Below, in pieces: positions 1 to 11,273 of a stretch of 64,000 nucleotides of DNA. This DNA is from Trueperaceae bacterium. Lineage in GTDB: Bacteria; Deinococcota; Deinococci; Deinococcales; Trueperaceae. The position numbers were made by a program, and so were the translations under genes. The stretch lies in NCBI GenBank assembly GCA_965213705.1, contig OZ243913.1:1664001-1728000 (forward strand), given 5' to 3'. The stretch's first letter is position 1. Every line of letters begins with the position of its first letter. Under the pieces are notes generated by a model. It saw only the letters and a list, made by a program, of their open reading frames with translations, was not told the origin of the DNA and ran no database searches.

Positions 1-12
1 GGCCTAACTTTT

Positions 13-1235
13 TTGGAGGTGCGTGTGAAACAACGTAACAGTAGACTGCTGAAAATTTTAGTGTTTATAACCCTGGTCGTACCGCTGTGGACGGCCTGCG
101 CGCAGACCTCGGGGAGCGACGACCCCGGCGACGGCTCGTCCGGCGGCCCGATGCCCGACGTGCAGGTGAGGCTCGAGCCCGTCGTCAGCGGCCTCAGCCA
201 ACCCCTTGACCTCGTCAACGCGGGCGACGGGTCGGGGCGGTTGTTCGTTGTGGAGCAAGCCGGCAGGGTGCGCATTCTACAAAATGGCACGTTGACAAAC
301 GAACCCTTTTTGGATATTCGTGAGCGCATCAGTGCGGGGGGCGAGCGTGGTCTTTTGGGCCTCGCCTTTCACCCGGACTACGCGGACAACGGCCTTTTTT
401 ACGTGAACTACACCGACCCGAACGGTGACACCGTCGTGGCAGAATACAGCGTCAATACAGCGTCGGTGGCGACGCGGACAGCGCCGATCCCGCGTCCGAG
501 CGCGTTTTGCTCACCATCCCCCAACCCTTCAGCAACCACAACGGCGGCGACCTCGCCTTCGGGCCGGACGGCTACCTCTACATCGCCACGGGCGACGGCG
601 GTAGTGGCGGCGACCCGCTCGACAGCGGTCAGTCCCTCGACACGCACCTGGGTAAGTTGCTCCGTATCGACGTGAACGGCGGTGACGCAACCGGCGGCAC
701 CCCTTACGCGGTGCCTGCGGACAACCCCTTCGTAAACACGGCGGGCGCGCTGCCCGAAATCTGGGCTTACGGTTTGCGCAACCCCTGGCGGTTCAGCTTC
801 GACCGGGACACGGGCGACCTTTATATCGGCGACGTCGGGCAGAACGCTTTTGAGGAGGTCAACTTTCAAAGTGCGGACAGCGCCGGGGGCGAGAACTACG
901 GCTGGAACGTCATGGAAGGTTTTCACTGTTACAACGCCGACAGCTGTGACGAGAGCGGTCTCGTTCTCCCCATCGCCGAGTACCCCCACAGCGAGGGCAA
1001 TTCGGTCACGGGCGGTTACGTCTACCGCGGCGCAGCTATACCGGAGCTTGTCGGGCAGTACGTGTACGGCGACTTCGGCAGCGGCCGCGTGTGGCGCGCA
1101 CAACAGCAAAACGGCGAGTGGACGAACGAACCCTTGCTCGAGAGCGGCCTCAACATCGCCAGCTTTGGCGAAGACGAGGCGGGCGAACTGTACGTCGTCG
1201 CCATCAACGGCGGCGTGTACCGGTTGACGAAGTAG
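13..1235 (+). pseudogene. PQQ-dependent glucose/sorbosone dehydrogenase family lipoprotein, frameshifted
   Basis: ORF 13..675 carries a lipobox (TAC) and GERGLLGLAFHPDY; ORF 507..1235 carries NHNGGDLAFGPDGYLY and YGLRNPWRFSFD. An 11-bp tandem duplication AATACAGCGTC (443-453/454-464) separates the frames; removing one copy gives a continuous AEYSVGGDADSADPASERVLLTIPQPFSNH. Confidence 0.85.
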
Positions 1236-1240
1236 AACTC

Positions 1241-1276
1241 AAAAAAGCAGCTCGAGGAGTTAACTCCTCGAGCTGC
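1241..1276 (-). terminator. Intrinsic terminator of the csp gene, possibly bidirectional
   Basis: Perfect 30-bp palindrome GCAGCTCGAGGAGTT/AACTCCTCGAGCTGC (1247-1276) followed on the minus strand by T6 (1241-1246). Confidence 0.8.
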
Positions 1277-1293
1277 CCTGTACTCGGTTGGGT

Positions 1294-1545
1294 TTAGTAG
1301 CGCTCGCGGCCGCCGCCGTACGAAGAAGTCGCGGGCGCGGCGTTCGTCACGGTGACGTTTTTGGCTTGCAAACCTTTTTGGCCTTGTTCGACCTCGAACT
1401 CGACCTCGTCGCCCTCGTTGAGCGACTTGAAGCCCGAACCGCTGATGGCCGAGAAGTGACAGAAAACATCTGCACCGCCGTCATCTTGTTCGATAAAACC
1501 GAAACCTTTTTCTGCGTTGAACCATTTAACTTTACCTGCAGCCAT
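1294..1545 (-). CDS. Cold-shock domain protein (CspA family; Deinococcus PprM-like tail)
   Basis: [15 protein letters not shown] and [12 protein letters not shown] motifs; C-terminal VTNAAPA...GGGR extension. Confidence 0.95.
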   Translation of the reverse strand: MAAGKVKWFNAEKGFGFIEQDDGGADVFCHFSAISGSGFKSLNEGDEVEFEVEQGQKGLQAKNVTVTNAAPATSSYGGGRERY

Positions 1546-1735
1546 CTCAAACCTATCTTTCCTGCGGCCTTCTTAGCTTACGAAAGCCTCAAACATGACT
1601 TCGAGCCTGGGGCTCGAGCTACGCACCTCTTTGTGAATAACGTAGTACTACACTGTAAGCTAAATTGCTCCGAACTTCAAGCCCGTCTGTGCAAGCCAGC
1701 TAGCAGAGGCGGGGGCGCGGCCTTGCTATCCTTAA

Positions 1736-2389
<654 letters not shown>

Positions 2390-2451
2390 GTGCTAGATTT
2401 TCTACAAACCACTCGCCACGAGCCACAAGCCTCTTTCACCCTAAGGACGTT

Positions 2452-3390
2452 ATGATTGACCGCAAAGACATCCGCTACGTCAAGCACGGCATCCAGCGCA
2501 AAAGCAGCGACACCGTGCTGCGCGAGCGCAAACCCGACTGGCTGAAAGTCAAGCTGCCGACCGGCGACAACTACGCCAAGGTCAAGGAGACGGTGCGCGA
2601 AAACCGCTTGTCGACCGTCTGCGAAGAGGCGATGTGCCCGAACCTGGGCGAGTGCTGGGACGCGGGCACGGCGACGATCATGCTCATGGGCTCGGTCTGC
2701 ACGCGGGCCTGCAAGTTCTGTGCGGTCTCGACCGGCAACCCCAAGGGCTGGCTCGACCTGGACGAGCCGCGACTGGCCGCCGAATCGGTGAAGCTGATGG
2801 GTTTGAAATACGTCGTGCTGACCTCGGTCGACCGCGACGACTTGCCCGACGGCGGCGCGGGTCACTACGCCACGTGCGTGCGCAAAATCAAAGAGGTCAA
2901 CCCCGACACGGCCGTCGAAGCGCTCACGCCGGACTTTGCGGGGAACTTGGAGCACGTGCAAAAAGTGCTCGAGTCCGGCATCCAGGTCTACGCGCAAAAC
3001 ATCGAAACGGTCAAACGCCTCACCCACCCGGTCCGCGACCCGCGCGCCGGTTACGAGCAAACGTTAAAAGTGCTCGAGGGGGCCAAACGCCACCGCCCCG
3101 ACGTCCTCACCAAAACGAGCCTTATGCTCGGCCTTGGCGAAACCGAGGTTGAAATTTTAGAGACAATGGCCGACTTGCGCGCCGTCGGCGTGGACATCGT
3201 GACCTTCGGGCAGTACCTGCGCCCGACCGCGGCGCACCTCAAAGTCGAACGCTACGTGACGCCGGACGAGTTTGCCCGTTACCGCACCTGGGGCTTGGAA
3301 AAAGGCTTTTTAGAGGTCGTCTCGGGGCCGTTGGTGCGGAGCAGTTACCGGGCGGAGCGGGCGCTCGAGAAGAACAACGTCGGGCTGTAA
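2452..3390 (+). CDS. lipA: Lipoyl synthase (radical SAM)
   Basis: [20 protein letters not shown] and RSSY motifs. Confidence 0.97.
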   Translation: MIDRKDIRYVKHGIQRKSSDTVLRERKPDWLKVKLPTGDNYAKVKETVRENRLSTVCEEAMCPNLGECWDAGTATIMLMGSVCTRACKFCAVSTGNPKGWLDLDEPRLAAESVKLMGLKYVVLTSVDRDDLPDGGAGHYATCVRKIKEVNPDTAVEALTPDFAGNLEHVQKVLESGIQVYAQNIETVKRLTHPVRDPRAGYEQTLKVLEGAKRHRPDVLTKTSLMLGLGETEVEILETMADLRAVGVDIVTFGQYLRPTAAHLKVERYVTPDEFARYRTWGLEKGFLEVVSGPLVRSSYRAERALEKNNVGL

Positions 3391-3393
3391 AAA

Positions 3394-3609
3394 TTAAGCT
3401 TCGTCCCAATCCTGAGCGGTGATACCAGCCTACCGCAAAAGCTCTTTCACAAGTCCAGTGGAAATATCTTTTTGGTACGAATTGGAAATTCGTACTTTTG
3501 GACTACCTCTTTTCATAAACTGGTACTTGCCATCGGAGAAAGGTCCGTCAAAGCCTAAACGCTTGAAACGAATCAGCTTCAGCTCGAGCGGAGAAGCTGC
3601 TGTGAGCAC
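3394..3609 (-). pseudogene. hicA: HicA-family toxin, inactivated
   Basis: Manual translation from GTG 3609: VLTAASPLELKLIRFKRLGFDGPFSDGKYQFMKRGSPKVRISNSYQKDISTGLVKELLR*AGITAQDWDEA*. In-frame TAG at 3430-3432; GKY where HicA has GxH. Confidence 0.75.
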
Positions 3610-3611
3610 GT

Positions 3612-3851
3612 CTAAGCCGCTGTGAGTGTGTTGAAATCAATATCATTGACGACGGGTAAAACATCCCCATCTTTAAGTTTGAGCAAAAGCCATTCCTGCA
3701 GCACTTCAAAAAGCTCTGCACGCGTCGCTTCGACCGTTGCCGAATTCGCCCAGATGCCCTGAAAGCCCGGAATTTCGGCAAACCAGGAGCCGTCCTCAAG
3801 CTGTTTGTAAACGGCTTGCTCGAGGGCTTCGGAGCAGTAGCGAAGGAGCAT
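3612..3851 (-). CDS. hicB: HicB-family antitoxin (short form)
   Basis: 79 aa, EDGSWFAEIPGFQGIWANSATVEATRAELFEVLQEW matches the HicB fold pattern; directly upstream of the hicA remnant. Confidence 0.85.
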   Translation of the reverse strand: MLLRYCSEALEQAVYKQLEDGSWFAEIPGFQGIWANSATVEATRAELFEVLQEWLLLKLKDGDVLPVVNDIDFNTLTAA

Positions 3852-4059
3852 GGTTCAACTCATCTCTTACTTCGGTTTCAATGCCTTATAGGAAAGCCAA
3901 AAGCTCTACGCATGTGAAAAGGCTGTAATCCACTGCAACTTGTCTCGTTTTCTCACGAAGCTGAAAACACTGTAGTCATTTCTGACTATGCTGTCAAGCT
4001 TCTAAATTCCCATTCCTTGTAGGAAAGCTGAAAACGAACTCGTGTCGAGAACGGGAAAG

Positions 4060-6303
4060 CTACTCGAGCCCAATCCGCACCGTCCCCGTCTTGAACGTTT
4101 CGTAAACGGTCGCCCCCGTCGCCCGCACCCGCTCGACAAGTTCGGGGTTGGGGTGCCCGTAGGTGTTGCGTCCGTAGGAAAAAACAACTACTTCGGGCTG
4201 CGCCGCCCGCAACAGCGCGTCGCTGGTCGAGTGTTTCGAGCCGTGGTGCCCGGCCATCAACACTTTGACTTTGGGAAACGCCATACCCCGTTCGTGCTCG
4301 GCGGGGAGGTCGCCCATAAAAATAGCCTCGGGTTTGTCTTGGTAATTCAGTATAAAGGTGACCGAGTTGTCGTTGTCTTTTTCGAACGGGTGCTGCGGCG
4401 GGTTGAGGATGTCTAAGCGGGCGTCGCCCAAAGCGAGCGACTCGCCTCGTACGACTGAGACGACCTCGACGTGGTTGCGTTCCGCCGCGGCGACGAGGTT
4501 GTCGTACACCGGGTCGCCCTCGTTGCGCACGCCGACGACGAGGCGGCCGACCGGCAGCGCGTCCAGCACGCTCACCAACCCTTCGACGTGGTCGGTGTCC
4601 GAATGGCTGGCGATGACAAGCTCGAGTTCGTCCACGCCCAGAGCTTTCAGGGCGGGCACGACTACGCGCTTGCCTACGTCGAAGTCCGAAAACGGTGTGC
4701 CGCCGCCGTCTATCAAAATCTCTTGGCGGCCCGGCAGCCGAATCAGCGCACTGTCACCTTGCCCGACGTCTATGAACACGATTTCCGGCGGCGTGTGCGC
4801 AGGCACGCTTACGGCCGAGCACAGCCCGGCCGTTATCACAACGAGAAGGGCGCGCCAAGGCCGCAACTGACCCCAGGCGAGCAGCGCCAGCGCAAAAACG
4901 CCGACGTAAAAGAACGCGTAGCCGAGCGCGGCTACTTCGCCCCAGACGAGGTTGGGCAGGCTCGAGCCCAGTCTTGCCAGGGTGATAATCGCGCCCGCGG
5001 CGACCGAGGTGAGGAGGTTGAGCGTCCCTGCCAGGACGGGCGAGAGCAAACCGAACACGCCCGCGAAAAAGCCGAGCGGCACGAGCACGGTTGCCAGCGG
5101 AATGGCGAAGACGTTGACAAACGGGCTCAGCAGCGGCAGCGTGCCGAAACTGCTCGCCACGAGCGGCAGCGTTAACAGTTGCGCCGACAAACTCACCATG
5201 ACACTGCCCACGACCAGCTTTTTCCAATGCCACCAGGGCACCTTGTAGTACGCCTCGCCCAGCACCAGGCGCGTCAGCGGCTCGGTGAAAACCAGCAGGC
5301 CGATGACGGCCAAGTACGACAGCTGAAACGACAGGTCGAACAGCCACGCCGGGTTCCAGAGCAGCGCGACCAGCGCCGACAGCGCAAGCGCCGGCCACGG
5401 CTCGATGCGCCCGGCCCCCAGCCACAGCGAGCCCAGCACCGCGCAGGTCATCGCCCCGGCCCGCACCACGCTCGGGCTCGGGCCGACCAAAACCACGTAG
5501 CCGACGACGAGGAGAATCAAAAAAGGGTAACGCCTCAGTCCGAAAGCGCGAAACATAAAGCCCAGCACACCCACCAGAATCCCGACGTGCAGCCCCGACA
5601 GCGCCAAAACGTGAGCTAAACCCGAAGCTGAAAAAATATCACGCAGGTCGCCCCAGTCGTCACGGATGCCTAAGACCATCGCCTCCATCAGGGCGGCTTT
5701 GGGAGGGCTCAGGCCCGTCACGACGCCGCGGCGCAGACGCTCTTTGACACTCACCCCGGCGGGCACGAAGCTCACCGTTTCATCAACGAGAAACTGCCCG
5801 TCCACACCGCGCCGCCGCAAGTAGCTGTGGTAGTCGAAACCGCCGGGGTTGCGTTTTCCGGCCGGCTCGAGAAACCGCCCCGTGAGCGTCACTCGCCCCG
5901 CTTTCACCGCGCCCTTGGGCGAGAGCGTGACGCGGGCTTTGACCGGGGTCTCGAGCCTCAACACCTGCCCGTCGAAGACGCCCGAGACCGTCGCCGCTTC
6001 ACCGACCAGGGCGGCAACCGGGTTCGGTGCGGCGTCCCACACCCCGAAACGTCCGAAACCGACCGGCAGCAACAGCAAAAACGGCAACACCCAGCGCAGG
6101 TCGAAGGCGAACAGCGCCACGGCGAACAGCGTGGTCGTCGCCAGCACCACGAACAGGGGTACGTGTAAGTAGGCTGTCAAAATGCCGACAACTAAGAAGA
6201 GGGCGGCGGGCAGCGACCACGGGGCAAAGGAGGGTGAGGGCGGTACGACTTCGGCGTCAGCTCGAGACAAACGCGAAGCGCGCCCTACCCCCTGGACGTT
6301 CAC
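4060..6303 (-). CDS. comEC: DNA uptake channel ComEC/Rec2
   Basis: RNPGGFDY, AHVLALSGLHVG, SFQLSY, and a C-terminal MBL domain (DVGQGD, SHSDTDH, GHHGS, YGHP). Confidence 0.95.
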   Translation of the reverse strand: MNVQGVGRASRLSRADAEVVPPSPSFAPWSLPAALFLVVGILTAYLHVPLFVVLATTTLFAVALFAFDLRWVLPFLLLLPVGFGRFGVWDAAPNPVAALVGEAATVSGVFDGQVLRLETPVKARVTLSPKGAVKAGRVTLTGRFLEPAGKRNPGGFDYHSYLRRRGVDGQFLVDETVSFVPAGVSVKERLRRGVVTGLSPPKAALMEAMVLGIRDDWGDLRDIFSASGLAHVLALSGLHVGILVGVLGFMFRAFGLRRYPFLILLVVGYVVLVGPSPSVVRAGAMTCAVLGSLWLGAGRIEPWPALALSALVALLWNPAWLFDLSFQLSYLAVIGLLVFTEPLTRLVLGEAYYKVPWWHWKKLVVGSVMVSLSAQLLTLPLVASSFGTLPLLSPFVNVFAIPLATVLVPLGFFAGVFGLLSPVLAGTLNLLTSVAAGAIITLARLGSSLPNLVWGEVAALGYAFFYVGVFALALLAWGQLRPWRALLVVITAGLCSAVSVPAHTPPEIVFIDVGQGDSALIRLPGRQEILIDGGGTPFSDFDVGKRVVVPALKALGVDELELVIASHSDTDHVEGLVSVLDALPVGRLVVGVRNEGDPVYDNLVAAAERNHVEVVSVVRGESLALGDARLDILNPPQHPFEKDNDNSVTFILNYQDKPEAIFMGDLPAEHERGMAFPKVKVLMAGHHGSKHSTSDALLRAAQPEVVVFSYGRNTYGHPNPELVERVRATGATVYETFKTGTVRIGLE

Positions 6304-6797
6304 AGCTTGGCCTTGGGCCGCAACTTCTCCAACGTTTTCGGGCCGATGCCCTTGACGTTCAGTAGGTCTTCAAAACTGTTGTAGGGTCTTCCTGCAACGA
6401 TGAGCGCCGCCGTCGCCGGGCCGACGCCGGGGAGGGTGTCGAGTTCGGCCATACTGGCGCTGTTGACGCTCACGCGCACCTCGCCGGTCTCGGTGTGAGC
6501 GTCGGGCACGAAGACCGCCTCGCCCGCGTCGAGCGGGTCGGCTAAGTTCACGAGGCTCTGCTCGGCCTGAGCGGTAAAGCCGCCGGCGGCCTCGACCGCA
6601 TCGCCCACCCTCGAGCCCCAGGGCAACGCGTAAGTGCCGGGCGCGCGAACCGCGCCCGAAACCGCTACGGTGATGTCGGGTTGTTGAAAGGTTACAGGTG
6701 TTTCGTTCACGCGCAGGCGCGGCACGAGGTTGAACGCGGCGAGCGTCACGCACACCGCCAGCAAACCCCACATGATGAACGCCTCACGTTTCGGCAC
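6300..6797 (-). CDS. comEA: Competence DNA receptor ComEA (TM + SLBB + HhH)
   Basis: VAVSGAVRAPGTY, VNSASMAELDTLPGVGPATA, VKGIGPKT; stop overlaps comEC start. Confidence 0.93.
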   Translation of the reverse strand: MPKREAFIMWGLLAVCVTLAAFNLVPRLRVNETPVTFQQPDITVAVSGAVRAPGTYALPWGSRVGDAVEAAGGFTAQAEQSLVNLADPLDAGEAVFVPDAHTETGEVRVSVNSASMAELDTLPGVGPATAALIVAGRPYNSFEDLLNVKGIGPKTLEKLRPKAKL

Positions 6798-6871
6798 GCC
6801 CCAGTATAAAACTCGTCCCTACAAAAAACGGCGTGGTTTTTTCCACGCTGCCTCTTCTAGCCGTAAAGCCG

Positions 6872-9502
6872 TTACTCGAGCGCGCTCCGCAGCGCCTGTG
6901 CCAGGCTCAGGAGGTGTTCGGCGGACACCTCTTGCAGTTGATTCTCGAAGGTGCCGAGTTGGTCGAGGACGGTTTTGGGCCTGTCTTTGGCGAGGGCCTC
7001 GCTCACCTGCTCGAGCGTTTTGAGAAGAGCGAGGGTCTGGTCGCCGTTCAAAGTTCCGGCGGCGCGCAGGGTTGCGACCTCTTTCGTCAGGACGTTTAAG
7101 AGAACCTGTGGGTCGGCGTTGAGAGCGTGTCCCACGACCACCGGGTCGTGGTCGGACGAGCGGTAGGGGTCGGCCTCGAAGAGCGCGTCCTGAGCCTCTT
7201 TTTTGAATGTCGTGTCGTAGTCGAGGAGGTCGGGCTCGTCGGCGTTGATGTGCCACTCGGTCGCGCCCGTGACTTGCGGCAACAGCGCCGTGTTCGCCAG
7301 GGCGTAGTCGAGGTAACCGAACTGCCCGTCGAACACGTACGAGTAGGCGAACTCGCCCTGGAACTTCAGAACGAGGTCCGTAAAGCCCGCCGTCTCGAGC
7401 GCCTGGACGGGGTCTTCTTGGTCGTAAGCGTTGAGGTCGCCGATGACGAGGAGGTCCGGGTCGCCGCTGCCGGTCGGGTCGCCGGCGAGCCAGTCGGCGA
7501 GCCGGCCGGCCGCCAGCGTCCGCGTAAGGTTGCAGCTGCCTTGCTCGGCACTGTCGTCGCCCGCGCCGCAGCCGGACCCCTTGGACTTGAAGTGGTTGAC
7601 GACGACCGTCAGCACGCCGCCGGTGGCTTTTTCGGCAAAGGTTTGCGCCAGGGCGGGCCGGTTTTTGGGCGTGTCCAGGTTGCGAGGGTTGGTAAAGCTG
7701 TCGTCCTCGAGCACCGCCGCCTCACCGAGGGCAACGACGACCGCCGGTTTGTAGACGAACGCCACCTTGATTTCGTCGCTGCCGTCCACGCTCGTCTCGA
7801 CGTAGGCGTACGTGTCTGCGCTCGCAACCTTGTTGAGGGCTTTGGTGAGGTCGTCAAGCGCACTTGTTTCGCCCTCGGGGTCGTTCTCTATTTCGACAAG
7901 ACCAACGACGTCCGCGCCCGTGCCGATAATCGCGCTGACGATTTTGGCTTCTTGCCGCGCGAACTCGGCCGGGTCGTCGGCCCCGCGCGAAGTCGGAAAG
8001 CCGCCCCCCACACCGTCGCCGTTGAAGTAGTTGAGGACGTTGAAGCTCGCCACCTTGAGCGTACCGCCCACGTCCTCCGGCGCTGCCGGGCGCGGGTTCG
8101 TCTGGGCGTAGTCGGCCCCCGAGGTCGGCTGGACGCGGTACTTGCCGAAGCTGTAAGTCAACACGCCGGTCACCCCCTGCACCGTGTCGCCGCCGCGGAA
8201 ACGGTTGTCCAGGTCGAACACCAGGCCGTTCGGGTGCCGCGCCGGGTCGGGGTTTTGCGTGTTGCGGCCGTCGTCCAAGGTGATGCGGCTGAGTTCGATT
8301 GTCTCTCGAGCCGCGTCGACGGCCGTCATTTGCGTGTCGGGGTCGAGGTAGCTCGTCGGCTGGTAGGGGCGGCCCTGGTCCGCGGGGACGGGCCGCGACA
8401 GCACGATTTCGCCGTAACGGTCGAAGTTGAAGTATTCGGAAATGACGAGGGGTTGCGGAAAAACGACGACCATGCCTTCGAAGCGCTCCATCCCGCCCGC
8501 ACTCGCCAAGGGCAGGGTGATTTCGGTCGGTGTCGGCAGCGGCTGCGTACCCAGCACGCTCAACCGGGTGAGGTCGGTGACTTCGGTTAAGCCTTTGAAC
8601 TCGGTGACCGTGCCGGTGAGGCTGACGAGGTCGCCCGCTGCGACGTCGGCCGCGCCGGGTGCGTACACGAACACGCCTTCGGAGGTCGCGGCGTCGCCGT
8701 CGGCGTCCGCGTCTTCTTCCTGGACGTAAAAACCGCCCAGGTCGCTGCTGAACGGGTCGCCGTCGTCGTCTTGGAAGTCGCCGACGACGACGCCCTCAAC
8801 GGTGACGGTGCGTCCCTCGAGCGGGCTGGTTTCACCCGCGCCCTGAAGGTCGTGGATGAGCGTGACCGTGTCCGCACCACCTCCGTCGCCCCCGTCGTCA
8901 CAGGCCTCGAGCGGCGCGGGGTCGCCGACAAAATTCTGGTCGGTATTGACGCTTCCAAAGGTGTTCGTTCGGGCAGGTGTCCAGCCGAAGTCGTCGTAGG
9001 TCGCGCCCGAGCCGGTGAGTTGCAAGGAGGCGTCCGCCGCGGTGCCGGCGTCCTCGGCCACGCCGATGTCGGTGCTGGTCAGGCCGGCCGCCGGCCCGTC
9101 CAATGCGGTAAAACTGCCTCCGTAAGACAGAAACTGCACCACGCCGCCGCAACCGTCGACCAGAGCAAGGCCGTCCGGCGCGCCGTTCTGAATCCCCATA
9201 CTAGAAAAAACCAAAGTGCCGAAGCCGCCGCTCTGGTCGGGAAGTGTGCCCGTCAAGTCCACGGTGTCGTAGACGTTTCGCTGCGCGCTCGAGCCGTTGT
9301 AAAGGCTCAAGCGCCAACCGCCCAGGTCGGTTCCGGCCGGACCGGCTATCTCGACGGCTTCGCCCGTGTCGTCGCCGTCGTTGTCGTAGTGGAGTTCGTT
9401 GATGAACACCGGGGTGCTCTGGCGGGGGGCCGGCTCGAGCGCTGGTTGTGCACAGGTCGTCAAGAGTCCGAGGAGCAGGGTCGTACTCAGCGTTCGCTTC
9501 AT
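6872..9502 (-). CDS. ExeM/NucH-family extracellular endonuclease lipoprotein (lamin-tail + OB-fold + EEP domain)
   Basis: Start moved to ATG 9502 (RBS AAAGGAG, lipobox LTTC). VFINELHYDN, GFYVQEED, VASFNVLNYF, NHFKSKG, GDLNAY and SSDHDPV motifs. Confidence 0.9.
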   Translation of the reverse strand: MKRTLSTTLLLGLLTTCAQPALEPAPRQSTPVFINELHYDNDGDDTGEAVEIAGPAGTDLGGWRLSLYNGSSAQRNVYDTVDLTGTLPDQSGGFGTLVFSSMGIQNGAPDGLALVDGCGGVVQFLSYGGSFTALDGPAAGLTSTDIGVAEDAGTAADASLQLTGSGATYDDFGWTPARTNTFGSVNTDQNFVGDPAPLEACDDGGDGGGADTVTLIHDLQGAGETSPLEGRTVTVEGVVVGDFQDDDGDPFSSDLGGFYVQEEDADADGDAATSEGVFVYAPGAADVAAGDLVSLTGTVTEFKGLTEVTDLTRLSVLGTQPLPTPTEITLPLASAGGMERFEGMVVVFPQPLVISEYFNFDRYGEIVLSRPVPADQGRPYQPTSYLDPDTQMTAVDAARETIELSRITLDDGRNTQNPDPARHPNGLVFDLDNRFRGGDTVQGVTGVLTYSFGKYRVQPTSGADYAQTNPRPAAPEDVGGTLKVASFNVLNYFNGDGVGGGFPTSRGADDPAEFARQEAKIVSAIIGTGADVVGLVEIENDPEGETSALDDLTKALNKVASADTYAYVETSVDGSDEIKVAFVYKPAVVVALGEAAVLEDDSFTNPRNLDTPKNRPALAQTFAEKATGGVLTVVVNHFKSKGSGCGAGDDSAEQGSCNLTRTLAAGRLADWLAGDPTGSGDPDLLVIGDLNAYDQEDPVQALETAGFTDLVLKFQGEFAYSYVFDGQFGYLDYALANTALLPQVTGATEWHINADEPDLLDYDTTFKKEAQDALFEADPYRSSDHDPVVVGHALNADPQVLLNVLTKEVATLRAAGTLNGDQTLALLKTLEQVSEALAKDRPKTVLDQLGTFENQLQEVSAEHLLSLAQALRSALE

Positions 9503-9611
9503 GAATCTCCTTTGGCAACGTCGTCTTGAACGTTTCTCGCTCGAGCAAGGTAACACACCCGCTTCGGTCTTTCGTCAGTTGTCGAACCGAGGAACGGGTA
9601 CACTGAAACCT

Positions 9612-9640
9612 ATGAAGGTCAACCCCGTGAAAGTTGCCCC

Positions 9641-9644
<4 letters not shown>
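9612..9644 (+). other. Probable leaderless uORF MKVNPVKVAP overlapping the purQ start
   Basis: TACACT -10 (9599-9604) lies 7 nt before ATG 9612; TGA 9642-9644 overlaps GTG 9641; created by the 14-bp duplication CCCCGTGAAAGTTG (9623-9650). Confidence 0.55.
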
Positions 9645-10342
<698 letters not shown>

Positions 10343-10344
10343 CC

Positions 10345-11169
10345 TTGAGCTTCTTCATCGCCTGCGACATCGACCACACGCTTTTGGACGACAAGGGAAC
10401 TCTTTTGGAGGCCAACGTCGCCGCCTTGGAGAAAGCCCGCGCCCTCGGCGCGACGGTGCTCCTCGCCACCGCGCGCAGTTACGCTGGAGCGAAGCCCATT
10501 CACGACGCACTGAAACTCGACACACCCCTAGTCGTCAGCAACGGTACGCTCGTGTGCGCGCCGGACGGGAAAGTGTTGATGGCGCAAACGCTCGAGCCCA
10601 CCACCGCCCGCAACATCGTCGCGCTGTTCCGCGAGACCCCGCACCACTGGAGTTTTCGCAACCAGGACGCGGCGCTGCTCCACCCGAACTTCGACACCAG
10701 CCGCGCCCCCTTCAACGACCCGCACCACTACCGCCGAACCGACCATGCCGCGCTCGAGGGCTTGCTCGGCGACTACGACCGCATTATCACCGCCAGTTTG
10801 TTCGGCGTGCCGCTGCGCGCGTTTTTTTACCAGCACGACTGGCCCGGCCTCAAACTGACCGGCGACTACTACGCGCCGAGCCACTACAACCCGCTCGAGA
10901 CGGTGAGCGTGATGTCCGCCGCCGCCAGCAAGGGCAACGCGGTTCGCTGGGCCAGAAGTTACCTCGGTCTCGAGCACGCCCCCACCCTCTGCATCGGCGA
11001 CAGCGTTGCCGACGCGACGATGTTCGCGCTCGGAACCGGCGTCGCACCCGCCAACGCCGCACCCGAAGCGCTCGCCCAGGCCGACTGGGTAGCCCCCCAC
11101 TGCGACCGCGGCGCGGTGGCGGCGGCGCTGTACAGGTACGTGCTGGCGAGGGACGTGCCGGTGTTCTAA
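10345..11169 (+). CDS. Cof-type HAD-IIB phosphatase
   Basis: Motif I DIDHTL, ATAR, SKGNA, and motif IV GDSVADATM. Confidence 0.85.
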   Translation: MSFFIACDIDHTLLDDKGTLLEANVAALEKARALGATVLLATARSYAGAKPIHDALKLDTPLVVSNGTLVCAPDGKVLMAQTLEPTTARNIVALFRETPHHWSFRNQDAALLHPNFDTSRAPFNDPHHYRRTDHAALEGLLGDYDRIITASLFGVPLRAFFYQHDWPGLKLTGDYYAPSHYNPLETVSVMSAAASKGNAVRWARSYLGLEHAPTLCIGDSVADATMFALGTGVAPANAAPEALAQADWVAPHCDRGAVAAALYRYVLARDVPVF

Positions 11170-11170
11170 T

Positions 11171-11250
11171 AAGTACCGAGTCGAAAGTACCGAGGACCGA
11201 GTAGGAGGTAATTTTTTACTCGGTACTTTGCACTCGGTACTCGGTACTTT
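11171..11250. repeat. Inverted repeat built of heptamer units (AGTACCG / CTCGGTA)
   Basis: AGTACCG-AGTCGAA-AGTACCG-AGGACCG-AGTAG ... CTCGGTA-CTTTGCA-CTCGGTA-CTCGGTA-CTTT. Confidence 0.85.
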
Positions 11251-11273
11251 TCTCAAGATGATATAACAAACGC

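Noticed and set aside
3852..4059. Repeated CCTTRTAGGAAAGC and AAGCTGAAAAC in the hicB upstream region
   Set aside because: Only two short copies each; no IS ends or ORF support; likely promoter remnants.
7127..8590. Long antisense and alternate-frame ORFs (also 13939..15015, 17879..19018, 26852..28315, 28640..29800)
   Set aside because: Shadow ORFs of well-supported genes in high-GC DNA; no motifs.
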